Positions 18,761 to 28,689 of a DNA stretch of 64,000 nucleotides are shown piece after piece. Position 1 is the stretch's first letter. Every line of letters begins with the position of its first letter. The translations under genes were made by a program, and so were the position numbers. Source of the DNA: Lysobacteraceae bacterium (lineage in GTDB: Bacteria > Bdellovibrionota > UBA1018 > JAGTJX01). The stretch lies in assembly GCA_023657465.1 (NCBI GenBank), contig JAGTJX010000004.1, positions 154,904-218,903 of the forward strand, given 5' to 3'. Below the pieces are notes generated by a model. That model had not been told where the DNA came from. It searched no databases and worked only from the letters and a program-made list of their open reading frames with translations.

Positions 18761-19690
18761 TCAGGGTTTCACATCTTCTCCAATTTCCAGAATTTCAGCA
18801 TCATAGATGGTCTCGCTCATTAGATCGGGAAAATTGGTGATTGAATTACCGTATTCCTTGGAGCCAGGTAAGACACGTACTTGAATCTGTTGATCAGCGA
18901 CTTGGCTCGAAAGTTCGTAATCACGAATCAAAACTTTAACCATGTTTATTTTGGAGTCCGGCATTGGAAATGTTAAGTCTAACTTGTGTTGTGAGCCATC
19001 CAATTTAGGTAGCGTATTCAGCTGTTGGTTATAAAAATACTCATTAAGATCCTTTTTGTTTTGTTCAGAAAGATCTGCAGTTAAATGGATTTCAGAAACC
19101 GGCGGTAAGATACTACTTAGCATTTGTTTCCAAGTATCCGGTAGGAAGCTTTGGTCTGATTTCAGGTCAAAGGCAATAAATAGTTTCTCACCGTTGGTTC
19201 CCGTTAATTTATTCACACGAAGATGATCAATTAAGCCACTTGTACCTGGCTCGGGGAGGGAAAATAAAAGCATCGTGAGAAACGTGTAATTTGTTTTACC
19301 ATTTTTCTTAAGGAGCCCATTAGTTTTCTGTTTTTCCCATTCAGCAATTTTAGTGTTCTGAGTTTCAATGGTATTTGTCTGAGTGACTTTGGCAGTACAC
19401 TGGCCGACTGGAGGTATGATGTTTCCAGGATTTTTTGGATCTACGCCGTGAATATAACCTTCGTTTGTATTATCCTCTAAATCATCTTTTAGATCAGCAA
19501 CGCGAGTGGAATCGTTCATTGGACGTTTATCATTAATGTTGATCCTGTTCAAAACGTCATAGGGCAATTGAAGAAATATGGGTGACTCGCATTGAAAGTT
19601 TTTGAATTCAGTCTTTTGATGAACTTTGACGTGTTCCCCAGCATTTGCTGTGAGCGATACAAGGCATGTAAATATTAATACCTGCTTCAT
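18761..19690 (-). CDS. Exported hypothetical protein
   Basis: 309-aa ORF; MKQVLIFTCLVSLTANA signal peptide, GGAAGG SD. Confidence 0.7.
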   Translation of the reverse strand: MKQVLIFTCLVSLTANAGEHVKVHQKTEFKNFQCESPIFLQLPYDVLNRININDKRPMNDSTRVADLKDDLEDNTNEGYIHGVDPKNPGNIIPPVGQCTAKVTQTNTIETQNTKIAEWEKQKTNGLLKKNGKTNYTFLTMLLFSLPEPGTSGLIDHLRVNKLTGTNGEKLFIAFDLKSDQSFLPDTWKQMLSSILPPVSEIHLTADLSEQNKKDLNEYFYNQQLNTLPKLDGSQHKLDLTFPMPDSKINMVKVLIRDYELSSQVADQQIQVRVLPGSKEYGNSITNFPDLMSETIYDAEILEIGEDVKP

Positions 19691-19792
19691 AAAAATTCCT
19701 TCCACTCTAAATCCAATGGTTACCGAGCATTGTCCGAACCAAAACTCTTCAAATTAACAAGCAAATCAAACGTGTCTAATATTGCTCTATAG

Positions 19793-19808
19793 AGCACATA
19801 ATGTGCCA
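19793..19808 (-). promoter_or_regulatory. Possible sigma54 promoter
   Basis: Minus strand TGGCACATTATGTGCT, GG-N10-GC, about 100 nt upstream of ATG 19690. Confidence 0.35.
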
Positions 19809-19918
19809 GGTTTTGCAGAGGTCTTTAGTGGGTAAAATTGAGAAGCAGGTTTGAACCCTGCCTATACCTAGAACAGCTGTCCAATGATTAGTCGGTCCAA
19901 ATATGCTTTATATGCTGC

Positions 19919-19947
19919 TTGACAATTGAGTACAAAAGGCACACAAT
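19919..19947 (+). promoter_or_regulatory. Sigma70-type leaderless promoter of the TA pair
   Basis: TTGACA-N17-CACAAT, then 6 nt to ATG 19954, no SD. Confidence 0.65.
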
Positions 19948-19953
19948 AGATTC

Positions 19954-20223
19954 ATGAGCTTTAAGTGGGATGAGGCTAAGAACAAGAAGCTAGCCGCTCA
20001 GGGCAGACCGGGATTTGAATTTTTCGTAGAGGCCTTTGATGAAGGGCTTATTTATTTCGAAGGCGAGAATACAAAACGTCCGGGACAGGGTGTTTTTGTC
20101 GTGATCATTAATGAGTATGCTCACGTAGTGCCTTATGAAGACAGAGGAGATCATCTCTTTTTAAGAACACTTTATCCATCCCGTAAGTGGCAGGTAGTAT
20201 ATGAAAAGGAGCAGAAGAAATGA
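19954..20223 (+). CDS. BrnT-like type II toxin
   Basis: FKWDEAKN start, VVPYE and LRTLYPSRK motifs; 89 aa. Confidence 0.8.
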   Translation: MSFKWDEAKNKKLAAQGRPGFEFFVEAFDEGLIYFEGENTKRPGQGVFVVIINEYAHVVPYEDRGDHLFLRTLYPSRKWQVVYEKEQKK

Positions 20224-20531
20224 AAAATGCGAATAAAAAGACTTTAGCTGGATATGATCCAAAAAAAGTTAAGCTTTCTCGTGATGAGCAAGAGTTTGAA
20301 GACAACCTTGTGATCGCTGATTATTCTTCTAAGAGCTCAAAATCTGAACGTATGAACATTCGTTTGCCAGAAGAGGACTTGCTCAAGTTACAAAAGCTAG
20401 CGCTCAAGCATGGACTTCCCTACCAAACCTTAGTGGGCTCAGTGATTCATCGCTACGTTACTGATCAGTTGGTGGATTTAGAGGAAGCCAAAAAAATCCT
20501 TGCTGCGCCTCCTGCTAAAAAGAGAGCTTAG
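20220..20531 (+). CDS. BrnA/CopG-like ribbon-helix-helix antitoxin
   Basis: RMNIRL...LALKHGLPYQTLV; ATGA overlap with the toxin. Confidence 0.82.
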   Translation: MKNANKKTLAGYDPKKVKLSRDEQEFEDNLVIADYSSKSSKSERMNIRLPEEDLLKLQKLALKHGLPYQTLVGSVIHRYVTDQLVDLEEAKKILAAPPAKKRA

Positions 20532-20533
20532 AT

Positions 20534-20622
20534 TTTTACAGGAAATAACGTTCCAAACTTTGAAGCTGGTTTCTATTAAAGAATTGCCAATATTCCCATT
20601 AAGCTTTTTAGTTGATTTGGCG
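20534..20622 (+). repeat. Dispersed repeat fragment C (far-left + left arm)
   Basis: 45/52 identical to 58812-58863 and 34/39 identical to part of fragment E by manual alignment; fills the whole intergenic gap. Confidence 0.8.
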
Positions 20623-20627
20623 CTCAA

Positions 20628-21488
20628 CTACTTCTTCCGGATTTCTTTGTAATAACCCTTTTCATAAATCTTCATGATCACTCTTTCCGTGAGAAGGGTG
20701 TCGAGACCTTTGCCACCTTGTTCGCGGATCATTTTGCGAGCCTCACTGCTACTGCCAGGCAACACAGATTCATCTTGAATGAAGATATCAGGCTTCGTAG
20801 AATCGTTGTTCTTGTATTGTACAGACTTACCATCGGTAGAGCGTGTGTAGCCTGCGAGAAAATCTGCAGGAAGCTTGGTGCTCACATCGAGAGTCATTGC
20901 AGTCACATCACCTCTAGGAATGAGCACCCAATGGGTAAGCGCGAAGAGTTCCTTCCAGTTTGGCCAAGTCGTAATACTGTTTAAAACATCCGTGCCCGCA
21001 ACCCAGAACAGATTCCTGGCACCGTTGGGATAAATTTCATTCAATCTCTTCAAAGTTTTGGAAGTGTCTTCGAAGATCTTCTCTTTGTATTCAAGATCAG
21101 ATGGACAGAGGTGGAAGACCTTAGCGGAGAGCTCTACCCATTCAGCACATCCATCAGTGGTGATATTGAATTCACTGTAAGGGATCTCTTCTAGCTTTAG
21201 AATCTGTGGCATGTCTTCCATAGCAAGTTTTGTGAGTTCGAGGTTCACGCCATTATTCTCTGATTCTTTCTTATAAGGCATCGCAACCATGAGAGTGCTC
21301 TCAAAGAAGTCTTCTCTGTGCATGAGTCTAGTAATCAGACGTAGATGTGACTTCGTCGGAGGATCGAAACTTCCTCCGAAAATAACATGAGTTTGAGAGG
21401 GAGCATCAGCTAGAGATGATGCTTTCTTAGGTATTGAGCTACAACTGGAAAGCGAAATGATGAGAAGTAAAAAATTTATTTTAGCCAT
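20628..21488 (-). CDS. NadD-like cytidylyltransferase-family protein with lipoprotein signal
   Basis: IFGGSFDPPTKSH, WVAGTD..ITTWPNW, GSSSEAR; N-terminus MAKINFLLLIISLSSC. Confidence 0.75.
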   Translation of the reverse strand: MAKINFLLLIISLSSCSSIPKKASSLADAPSQTHVIFGGSFDPPTKSHLRLITRLMHREDFFESTLMVAMPYKKESENNGVNLELTKLAMEDMPQILKLEEIPYSEFNITTDGCAEWVELSAKVFHLCPSDLEYKEKIFEDTSKTLKRLNEIYPNGARNLFWVAGTDVLNSITTWPNWKELFALTHWVLIPRGDVTAMTLDVSTKLPADFLAGYTRSTDGKSVQYKNNDSTKPDIFIQDESVLPGSSSEARKMIREQGGKGLDTLLTERVIMKIYEKGYYKEIRKK

Positions 21489-22333
21489 TGTCTTACAGGT
21501 TCAACCCAAGCGTAGATGATGAAAAACCAAAACGACATGCGAGCAATGAGATCCCATCGCTTAGTCCTTAAATAGAGAAATGCGAAGAAGAGATGAAATG
21601 CTACTTGAGTCGTAGCAACAGGAATCCACCATCCCGTAAGTATCGATAATGCAATCATTACGGTAGAGATCAGAATCATAGCAACCCAAGTGCGTTCTGC
21701 ACCGATGAGTGAATGATAGTTCTTCAAGATCGAGTGACTGTGAGGATCGAGATTCTTCACGAGTTCTCTATTCATGAGTGTGAGTGCAAATATGCCACCG
21801 ACACCGATGATTTTTTCTTCGTTGATCATCGTCGGTTGAAACGCCGCCACAGAGAAGAGAGTGATCGGAAACAAAACACAATGATCTAAGAAGGAGTGAA
21901 TGAAGGGATGTCCTGAGAGAATGTGTCGGAGGAAATAGTTTTTACCCGCGATTCCCATCCAGGCACCCATCGCTAGGAGAGCGAGTCCAGCAGTAGAAAA
22001 CTCAAGAATGAAAAGGACGATGCCGAAAACCATAAGCCCCGCCCAGCAGAACCAGCGCGCAGCCTTAAGGTCGTTGAGTCTCACAATGCTACGAGCGAGT
22101 GGTTTCTGATGTTGGGTGCGTTGAACGTCTTGGAGATAGTCCCTGGTATCGATCTGTAGCCTAGCTAGAAAAAGAAAAAGCGTAATCCCAATCACCGATA
22201 TAATCGTTTCGGGAATTCCCATCGGGCTCAATTGGAGTCCAGCTCCAGTTAAAACGAGGCCTGCAATGAGGGGAATTTGCTCTTGGAGCGGAAATCGCTT
22301 AATGATGTACCGAGTCCAAGGTTTCACAGTCAC
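21476..22333 (-). CDS. Membrane protein, possibly UbiA prenyltransferase-like
   Basis: About 8 hydrophobic segments; RLQIDTRDYLQD..KPLAR resembles a degenerate UbiA Asp-rich motif. Confidence 0.45.
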   Translation of the reverse strand: MTVKPWTRYIIKRFPLQEQIPLIAGLVLTGAGLQLSPMGIPETIISVIGITLFLFLARLQIDTRDYLQDVQRTQHQKPLARSIVRLNDLKAARWFCWAGLMVFGIVLFILEFSTAGLALLAMGAWMGIAGKNYFLRHILSGHPFIHSFLDHCVLFPITLFSVAAFQPTMINEEKIIGVGGIFALTLMNRELVKNLDPHSHSILKNYHSLIGAERTWVAMILISTVMIALSILTGWWIPVATTQVAFHLFFAFLYLRTKRWDLIARMSFWFFIIYAWVEPVRQWLK

Positions 22334-22341
22334 TTAATTTT

Positions 22342-23370
22342 ATGAGTATTTCTGCAATGAATCAAGATTTTTGGATAAAAGACGGAAAACCTGCACTCTT
22401 ACTCGCTCCGATGGAGGGTGTAACTGACGGTCCGATGAGATCGTTTTTCTCTGAAACACAGGCATTTACCCACTTAGTGACTGAATTCCTCCGAGTGAAT
22501 GACTCTCTCTACGGTGATCATGTGTTTCGTAGACACGCACCTGAATCTTCCAATGAATTCCGCACGAGATATGGAACTCCCGTCATTCTGCAGCTACTCG
22601 GTGGCGATGCTCAGAGATTAGCCGAGAACGCAGAAGCTGGAGTGAAGTGTGGAGCACGAGCAATTGATCTGAACTTCGGATGTCCTGCTCCTACTGTGAA
22701 CAGACATGATGGAGGCGCGACTCTGCTCAAGTATCCCGATCGCTTAAAAAATATTGTGAGGACTGTGAGAGATGCAATCCCAGCGCATATTCCCGTGTCC
22801 GCTAAGATGCGACTCGGTTGGGACAATATCAATGATGTGGATCGAAACTTCGATGCACTCATTGAAGGTGGAGTAAGCTCAGTCACCATTCATGGTCGCA
22901 CTAAGATTCAAGGCTACAAACCGCCAGCGTACTGGGAACCGATTGGTAGAATCCGTGCACGATCACCGATTCCAATTATTGCAAATGGAGAGATCTGGAC
23001 GTTTGAAGATTTTCTCCGTTGCCAAGATCAGACAGGATGCACGCACTACATGTTAGGTCGTGGAGCGCTTGCAGATCCAGGATTACCTGTGAGAGTCGCA
23101 AGAGCGCTAGGAATTGAGAGTGTCGCTTCAGTTCCGAAAGCTCAATTATTCGAAGATACCTATAATTCTCTCGACGCATCAGCATGGGTTCCACTCATCG
23201 AGAAGTTCTCGCGCGAGAGTGCCAAAATTTTTCCAAGTGAAGATTACACCGTCAGACGAGTGAAACAATGGATTAATCTCAGCCGCTTTGGCAGAAAGTT
23301 TCCATGGTTTGATCAGATTAAGACTGAGCTGAGTGTAGAATGTATTTTAAATAGGATGGTTGCTATGTAA
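22342..23370 (+). CDS. tRNA-dihydrouridine synthase (DusC-like)
   Basis: LAPMEGVTD, IDLNFGCP, GGATLL, TIHGRT, IANGEI, MLGRGAL. Confidence 0.92.
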   Translation: MSISAMNQDFWIKDGKPALLLAPMEGVTDGPMRSFFSETQAFTHLVTEFLRVNDSLYGDHVFRRHAPESSNEFRTRYGTPVILQLLGGDAQRLAENAEAGVKCGARAIDLNFGCPAPTVNRHDGGATLLKYPDRLKNIVRTVRDAIPAHIPVSAKMRLGWDNINDVDRNFDALIEGGVSSVTIHGRTKIQGYKPPAYWEPIGRIRARSPIPIIANGEIWTFEDFLRCQDQTGCTHYMLGRGALADPGLPVRVARALGIESVASVPKAQLFEDTYNSLDASAWVPLIEKFSRESAKIFPSEDYTVRRVKQWINLSRFGRKFPWFDQIKTELSVECILNRMVAM

Positions 23371-23432
23371 CTATAAAAAAGATCAAGTTATGGCATTCAC
23401 AGAAGTCTGTGACCTAAGTAAGTTGATGTTTT

Positions 23433-24047
23433 TTAAACTTGGCCGTTCATCCAAGTGAGTTTGGCGTAGACGATCAATGTGATGAATAGGAAAATCCCAA
23501 TCCAACTCCAGTAAGCTTCCATGGCTTTGTTTTTCTTAGCGACTTTCAATGAGAAGGAAAATGCTTCTTCGTTTGAATTGAGATTACGTAGTGAGCGAAT
23601 GCTTGCAGGTTTACCAAACCCAACAAATCTAGGAACAAGTGAACAATACTTCTTGTAGGAGTCGCCGAAATATCCAATTAGTTTGGTTTCTTCAAATTCG
23701 ATGACGACGTCATAAACAAAAAAGAAAAACAGAGTGAGGGATACGCCAATGATCCAAGCATTCACAGAGACTACTCCACCCAGAGCAATGAGGAATGTTC
23801 CTAAGTAAAGTGGGTTACGTGTGAAGCGGTAAGGTCCACCGACAGAGAGGCTCGAGTCTTTGCGAAGGAAACCTGAAGCCCAGAATCTAAGTGTTGCACC
23901 CAAGAAGCCAATAGCGATGCCCAGTTTGTTTGGATATTGATTGGCAACTAATACTAACCAAACAGAAAACACCCATGCGATCAAAACGCGAACGCGACCT
24001 GAGAGGCTTTCGTTAACGATTTTTCGGAGTTGTTTGATAGCGGCCAT
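23433..24047 (-). CDS. Isoprenylcysteine carboxylmethyltransferase / PEMT family protein
   Basis: LRFWASG, GPYRFTRNPLYLG, EE..L..FG..Y..Y...VPRF; start could be 24086. Confidence 0.85.
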   Translation of the reverse strand: MAAIKQLRKIVNESLSGRVRVLIAWVFSVWLVLVANQYPNKLGIAIGFLGATLRFWASGFLRKDSSLSVGGPYRFTRNPLYLGTFLIALGGVVSVNAWIIGVSLTLFFFFVYDVVIEFEETKLIGYFGDSYKKYCSLVPRFVGFGKPASIRSLRNLNSNEEAFSFSLKVAKKNKAMEAYWSWIGIFLFITLIVYAKLTWMNGQV

Positions 24048-24819
24048 AACCGTTCTGAATCTCCCAGATTTTGATGTGTCTGACAACTCTGTAAACTGCT
24101 TCTAGTAAACTGATGATGACCCCGTGCATCCCGTCTCGGTAGGATTTGTAATAAAACAAATGCTTCAAAAACATGTGAGGAAACGAAAGGCTGAGCCTGA
24201 AAATATTAGTTCTGAGGCCACCTGCCACGTCTTCTTCTGCTTGAAGTGTAGAGTAACGATTGAGTTTGAATAAGAATTTGTCTGTATCCAAGTACAGGTC
24301 ATGATTGCAACCTTCTTGTAAGTAAACGGGCTCAGCAGGATGAACGAGGCGTTCGTGTATGCCACCTTCGAAGTGACAGTTTTTCTTGTTGTAGAAACGG
24401 TCGTGATAGATCGGGTTCCACATTCCGTATTTGATCTTCTTACCTAAGAAATACTCGAAGCGATAAATTCTGTAGCGAGTGTGCTCAGGGCCGCCATCAC
24501 GAGAACGCAACACTTCAATCTTAGCGATGAGCTCAGGTGTGCACTCTTCATCCGCATCTGCAAAATAAACCCAGTCATGTTTTGCAGCTTTAAGAGCTAC
24601 GTTTCTTTGTTCAGAGAATCCAAGCCAGGCTTGGGTGATGAAGCAAAGCTTGCCACTCCAAGCTTTTCCGGAAGCTTCACAGAGTTGTTTGGTTTTGTCA
24701 GTGCTCTCTGAATCTACTACTATGATCTCGTCTGCCCAAGTAAGAGACTGAAGGCATCGCTCGATATAGCGTTCTTCGTTACGAGTAATGATCAGAGCGG
24801 AGACAGGAGTTTTGCTCAT
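24013..24819 (-). CDS. Glycosyltransferase family 2 (WaaE/KdtX-like)
   Basis: IITRNEE, VVDSESTDKT, GFSEQRN, DADE, IHE. Confidence 0.9.
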   Translation of the reverse strand: MSKTPVSALIITRNEERYIERCLQSLTWADEIIVVDSESTDKTKQLCEASGKAWSGKLCFITQAWLGFSEQRNVALKAAKHDWVYFADADEECTPELIAKIEVLRSRDGGPEHTRYRIYRFEYFLGKKIKYGMWNPIYHDRFYNKKNCHFEGGIHERLVHPAEPVYLQEGCNHDLYLDTDKFLFKLNRYSTLQAEEDVAGGLRTNIFRLSLSFPHMFLKHLFYYKSYRDGMHGVIISLLEAVYRVVRHIKIWEIQNGYGRYQTTPKNR

Positions 24820-24823
24820 GAGT

Positions 24824-25921
24824 TTATGTAGTGACTTTCCAGAATGCAGTGAGGATCTCGGTTGCAATGAGGAGAACGACGATCGTTTCAAGAATGAGGC
24901 TTCGTCCTGCGTGTACTTCAGCACTTAAGAGTTCTGAAACCCTGGCCATGAGATCCATCTTCTGAGTCACAGATTCTTGCCAGTCTCTGATTCTAAACTT
25001 GGCTGAAGCTCCGCGGAAAATAGTTGCGAGATAGAAGTCACCCACGACTTTAAGCGAGTTATCGATTCGCTCGATGAATTCTGAGAATTCGATAAACCTA
25101 GTGCTCGCTTCACGTGCGAGCTTCGAGAAGCTAGATTTGAAAATACTTCCTCTTGTCTTCTCAATTTCATCGTAGAGATCATAAAGTCTATCGTCGAGTA
25201 GATCGTCGTAGTATCGCATCTCCATCATTTGAGTGAGTGCGAATTCGAGAACTTCAGGGACTTCCTTCTTGCCTGAAGGTTCGTATACAATTGCGCTATT
25301 CCAATCGATGACTGCAAGATCATCAGCTGAATACTGGTAAACAGAGTCGAGAATCGATTGCTTGCTCTTCTCAGATGGTTTGAAATTATTCTCACCCATA
25401 ATGAGTGAAGGGATATCCACTTGATTGAGAAGATCAGAAGCTTGTTCAATGCCCTGTACTTTTTCTAGGAAGTAGATGATGTAATCTTCGAACTGATCCC
25501 AAGTGCGTGGTTTCTGAAGAGCAGGCTTCAGCATCTGAACGAGATCTTTGGATTTGTTTTTGGCGATCTCATCGATGGTTTGGTCAGACTCAAGATGTGC
25601 TGAGTACTCTATGAGCTTAGACCACTGAGTTCCTGGAATAATCGGAATTTGGAAAATCAGAGAGAGAACACCGTAGTCCCAAATCTTAGCGTAAACTTCT
25701 GATCTGATGTTCTGGCCTAGAAAGTTAAAGTCGATCTCCTGAATATTGAGAATCACTGGAGCGTTTTTCATCATGAGGGCATTACGAGGCCCTTTTTTGA
25801 GTTTGAGACGTTCGTTACTGATGGCTTCACTCAAGATCTTCTCAACGACCGAGAGGTTGACCTCTTCGGCAATATCAAATACTCGGTAAATGAGGATGGA
25901 TCCTTTTTCGACTGCGATCAT
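24824..25921 (-). CDS. Conserved hypothetical protein (RMD1/DUF155-like, one C-terminal TM)
   Basis: DLAVIDWNSA, EMRYYDDLLD, VGDFYLA, LETIVVLLIATEI. Confidence 0.6.
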   Translation of the reverse strand: MIAVEKGSILIYRVFDIAEEVNLSVVEKILSEAISNERLKLKKGPRNALMMKNAPVILNIQEIDFNFLGQNIRSEVYAKIWDYGVLSLIFQIPIIPGTQWSKLIEYSAHLESDQTIDEIAKNKSKDLVQMLKPALQKPRTWDQFEDYIIYFLEKVQGIEQASDLLNQVDIPSLIMGENNFKPSEKSKQSILDSVYQYSADDLAVIDWNSAIVYEPSGKKEVPEVLEFALTQMMEMRYYDDLLDDRLYDLYDEIEKTRGSIFKSSFSKLAREASTRFIEFSEFIERIDNSLKVVGDFYLATIFRGASAKFRIRDWQESVTQKMDLMARVSELLSAEVHAGRSLILETIVVLLIATEILTAFWKVTT

Positions 25922-25939
25922 GTTATCGTTAGGAACTTT

Positions 25940-26713
25940 ATGATGAATCGAGTTCTGTTTAAACCTAAAAACTCAAACCAAGTTCATTGGAGCGCGCTAC
26001 GCGTTAATGGAGTAGATGCACGTGATTTTCTGCATCGCATGACAACTGTGAATATGCGTGAGCTTGAGGTGGGGAAGGCTGCAGAGGGATTGCTGCTCAC
26101 TCCGCAAGGTAAAATCCAAGCCTACTTCTATCTCTCGTGTTTGCGTGAAGGCGAGTATGTTCTCGAGTGCGATGCGGGTGCAAATGGGTTTTGGCTTCGC
26201 AATCTTAAGGAGAAACTCGAGTTTTATCACTTTGGGGAAAAGATTGAGTTCACAGTCTTGATCGGAGAGTATGAGTGGCGACTGGGATCAGGTTGGGACT
26301 CTGGAATTGGTGAGAACGAGATCAGTCCGATAGGTGATGGCTGGATAGTGCGTCATTCGGATTCAAAATTTGGCCAGGCTTGGGTGAGTGTTTATTCTCG
26401 TGGGAAAATCACTCGTTCTGAAGCTCTAGAAGTTTCGTGGAGTGATCTCAATGATTTGAGAGTGGAGAATGGCACAGCTTGGTGGGGAATCGAGATTCAG
26501 CCTGATTCTAATCCACTGGATCTCGCTCTTGTGAGTGCGATTGCGGATCAGAAGGGGTGTTATCCAGGACAAGAGGTGATCGAGAAGATCATTGCACTTG
26601 GGTCACCTGCTAAGCGTTTGTGTTTAGTAGTCGATGAGATCGGCGTGAAATCTCTCAGTGTATTATCCAAAACAAAAGCAGTTGTCGGCGGATCTATTCT
26701 GAAAGTTTTTTAA
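25940..26713 (+). CDS. ygfZ: YgfZ/GcvT-family folate-binding protein (short form)
   Basis: G.DARDFL, LLTPQGKI, KGCYPGQEVI signature. Confidence 0.85.
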   Translation: MMNRVLFKPKNSNQVHWSALRVNGVDARDFLHRMTTVNMRELEVGKAAEGLLLTPQGKIQAYFYLSCLREGEYVLECDAGANGFWLRNLKEKLEFYHFGEKIEFTVLIGEYEWRLGSGWDSGIGENEISPIGDGWIVRHSDSKFGQAWVSVYSRGKITRSEALEVSWSDLNDLRVENGTAWWGIEIQPDSNPLDLALVSAIADQKGCYPGQEVIEKIIALGSPAKRLCLVVDEIGVKSLSVLSKTKAVVGGSILKVF

Positions 26714-26822
26714 GACTGACCGTGTGTGCAATGCTTTTTCTTTTCAGGGTCTGATTGATTTATTAAATAAACAATGCTAGTAGAGTCATCATTCAGTAAC
26801 GAATTCATTCGAAGGGGATTTT

Positions 26823-27314
26823 ATGAAATTTAATTTATTAGTGTTATCAGCAGTAGTGAGTATGGCGTCTTCATCCGTGATGGCAGCTCCGTACTATGTC
26901 GATTCAATGAATTGTGTAGGTAAGATTCAAGGTGATCATTCACAAGTTCATCCTAGCTACACTTGGATGATTACGAAGTTCACTTCATTCTTGTCTAAGA
27001 AGAAATCAGGCGGCTACGGTGTTAGTCTCCGCATTGCAAACGATTATTCAAAAACTAAGTCTGGTCTTGATAAAGAGCCAGGCGCAGAAGTTTGGTACAC
27101 CTCTTCATTGCAGCTCCGTAATAATGTGGTCACAAGCCCAGATAGTGATTTTCAGTTCGTAATTAAAAAGGTTTTGAAAGGTGGACACTTTCTCAGAGGA
27201 CAATATAAGCCTAACAACTCAGTAGCAGGTAATGGATACTGGTATGACATATCATGTTTGTCTGAAGTGATTGATAAACCAACACGTGTTTCCGATCAAA
27301 CGAAGAAAGATTAA
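26823..27314 (+). CDS. Exported hypothetical protein
   Basis: GAAGGGG SD; signal peptide MKFNLLVLSAVVSMASSSVMA. Confidence 0.7.
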   Translation: MKFNLLVLSAVVSMASSSVMAAPYYVDSMNCVGKIQGDHSQVHPSYTWMITKFTSFLSKKKSGGYGVSLRIANDYSKTKSGLDKEPGAEVWYTSSLQLRNNVVTSPDSDFQFVIKKVLKGGHFLRGQYKPNNSVAGNGYWYDISCLSEVIDKPTRVSDQTKKD

Positions 27315-27337
27315 ATAACAATTCGGTAAGTGAGATT

Positions 27338-27751
27338 ATGAAAAAAATAATATTGAACTTAGTGGCACTATATATCTCCACCAGTCCGGCATTTGCGGAT
27401 TACAGCTGCAAAGTGAATCTAAATGAAAAAGACAGTACAGAATCTAGAAGCGAAACGATGACTATTAAAGTTAGTCCTTCGATTTTTGAGAGTACTTGGA
27501 CACCCTTTGAAATTAACTCTAAAGAGTTTGGCCTAATCAAAGGAGACGTCAACATTTTTGACTCAAAAGGTGGCTCAAGTCCCACTCGCCCATACGATGG
27601 GGTTTTTGTAAATTTACGCATAGATCGATTTAAAGAAATTAGATCAAAAACAAAAAATGGTCGATTCGCTGCAGTCACTTTTTCAAAGTATGACGATAGA
27701 TATATAACACTCGGAATCAATAGATTGTATTTGGAGTGCTTAAAACAATAA
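27338..27751 (+). CDS. Exported hypothetical protein
   Basis: Signal peptide ending PAFA; one Cys near each end of the mature chain. Confidence 0.65.
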   Translation: MKKIILNLVALYISTSPAFADYSCKVNLNEKDSTESRSETMTIKVSPSIFESTWTPFEINSKEFGLIKGDVNIFDSKGGSSPTRPYDGVFVNLRIDRFKEIRSKTKNGRFAAVTFSKYDDRYITLGINRLYLECLKQ

Positions 27752-27816
27752 TCATTAGTTCGCTTCATGCGTGCTGATAATCAGTCTAAATCTCTAGTGG
27801 TTAAAATCTTTTGGAG

Positions 27817-28611
27817 TTACTTCTTCCCCATCACCATGATGTGACGGGTGCCAGGTGCTCCGACCATGCGTGCGAGTTTTTGTAATACAATAGCGATCTT
27901 ACGATTCGAGAGAATCTTTTGAACGATCTTCCATGATTCAATCGCCTTGAATGCGCTTGCGAATTGATACCAAAGTCTATCTCCTAAGAAGCTCTCGCCT
28001 GAGATCTTGAATCCTGCATCTCGAACGAAATTACGAACTTTGTAAAACGCATGGTGGTGAATGTAGTCAGTGAATAATGCCGTGCCTCCAGGCTTAAGCA
28101 CTCGCAAAACTTCGCTCGCAACTTTTGCTTGTGTTGCTTCATCAAGATGCCAGCCGAAGAGTCCATCGCAAACGAGCACACGTTCAAACAATCCGTCTTC
28201 AAACGGAAGTACTGAAGCATCAGCAACTAAGAAATGCACTGCATTTCCAACTCGAGCTCGTGCCTTCGCTACCGCTGTAGCTGAGAGATCCATAGCGAAA
28301 ATTTCGGCGCCGGTTTTCTGTAACTTCTCTGTCATGAGTCCTAGCGAACAACCGAGCTCTAGAACTCTTTGGCCAGGCATGAGTCCAGTGAGCTCGAGCT
28401 GCTCAATCACCCAGTCATGTCTTAATCCTTCGATTGCTCGGTGGGAGTAATTCCAGGGCTCGGATTGCTTCGTGTAATCCCCTTCGAAAATCGCAACGCG
28501 ATTCTCTTGGTCGTGCGCACGATCCATGAGCACAGGAATCCCTAAATTTGATTGAAGAGCGCGGTCTCTGAAGGGCTGACGCAGTGTGTTTGTCCATGGA
28601 GTGGATTGCAT
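27817..28611 (-). CDS. Class I SAM-dependent methyltransferase
   Basis: VLELGCSLG, MDLS, ADASVLPF, RVLKPGG; start uncertain. Confidence 0.88.
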   Translation of the reverse strand: MQSTPWTNTLRQPFRDRALQSNLGIPVLMDRAHDQENRVAIFEGDYTKQSEPWNYSHRAIEGLRHDWVIEQLELTGLMPGQRVLELGCSLGLMTEKLQKTGAEIFAMDLSATAVAKARARVGNAVHFLVADASVLPFEDGLFERVLVCDGLFGWHLDEATQAKVASEVLRVLKPGGTALFTDYIHHHAFYKVRNFVRDAGFKISGESFLGDRLWYQFASAFKAIESWKIVQKILSNRKIAIVLQKLARMVGAPGTRHIMVMGKK

Positions 28612-28689
28612 GGAATCAGATGTATCAGGATAGGGGGGAAAATGGCAATAGGGGCTTGCTTGTCTCATCACGTCAGGCTAGGAAATCAC

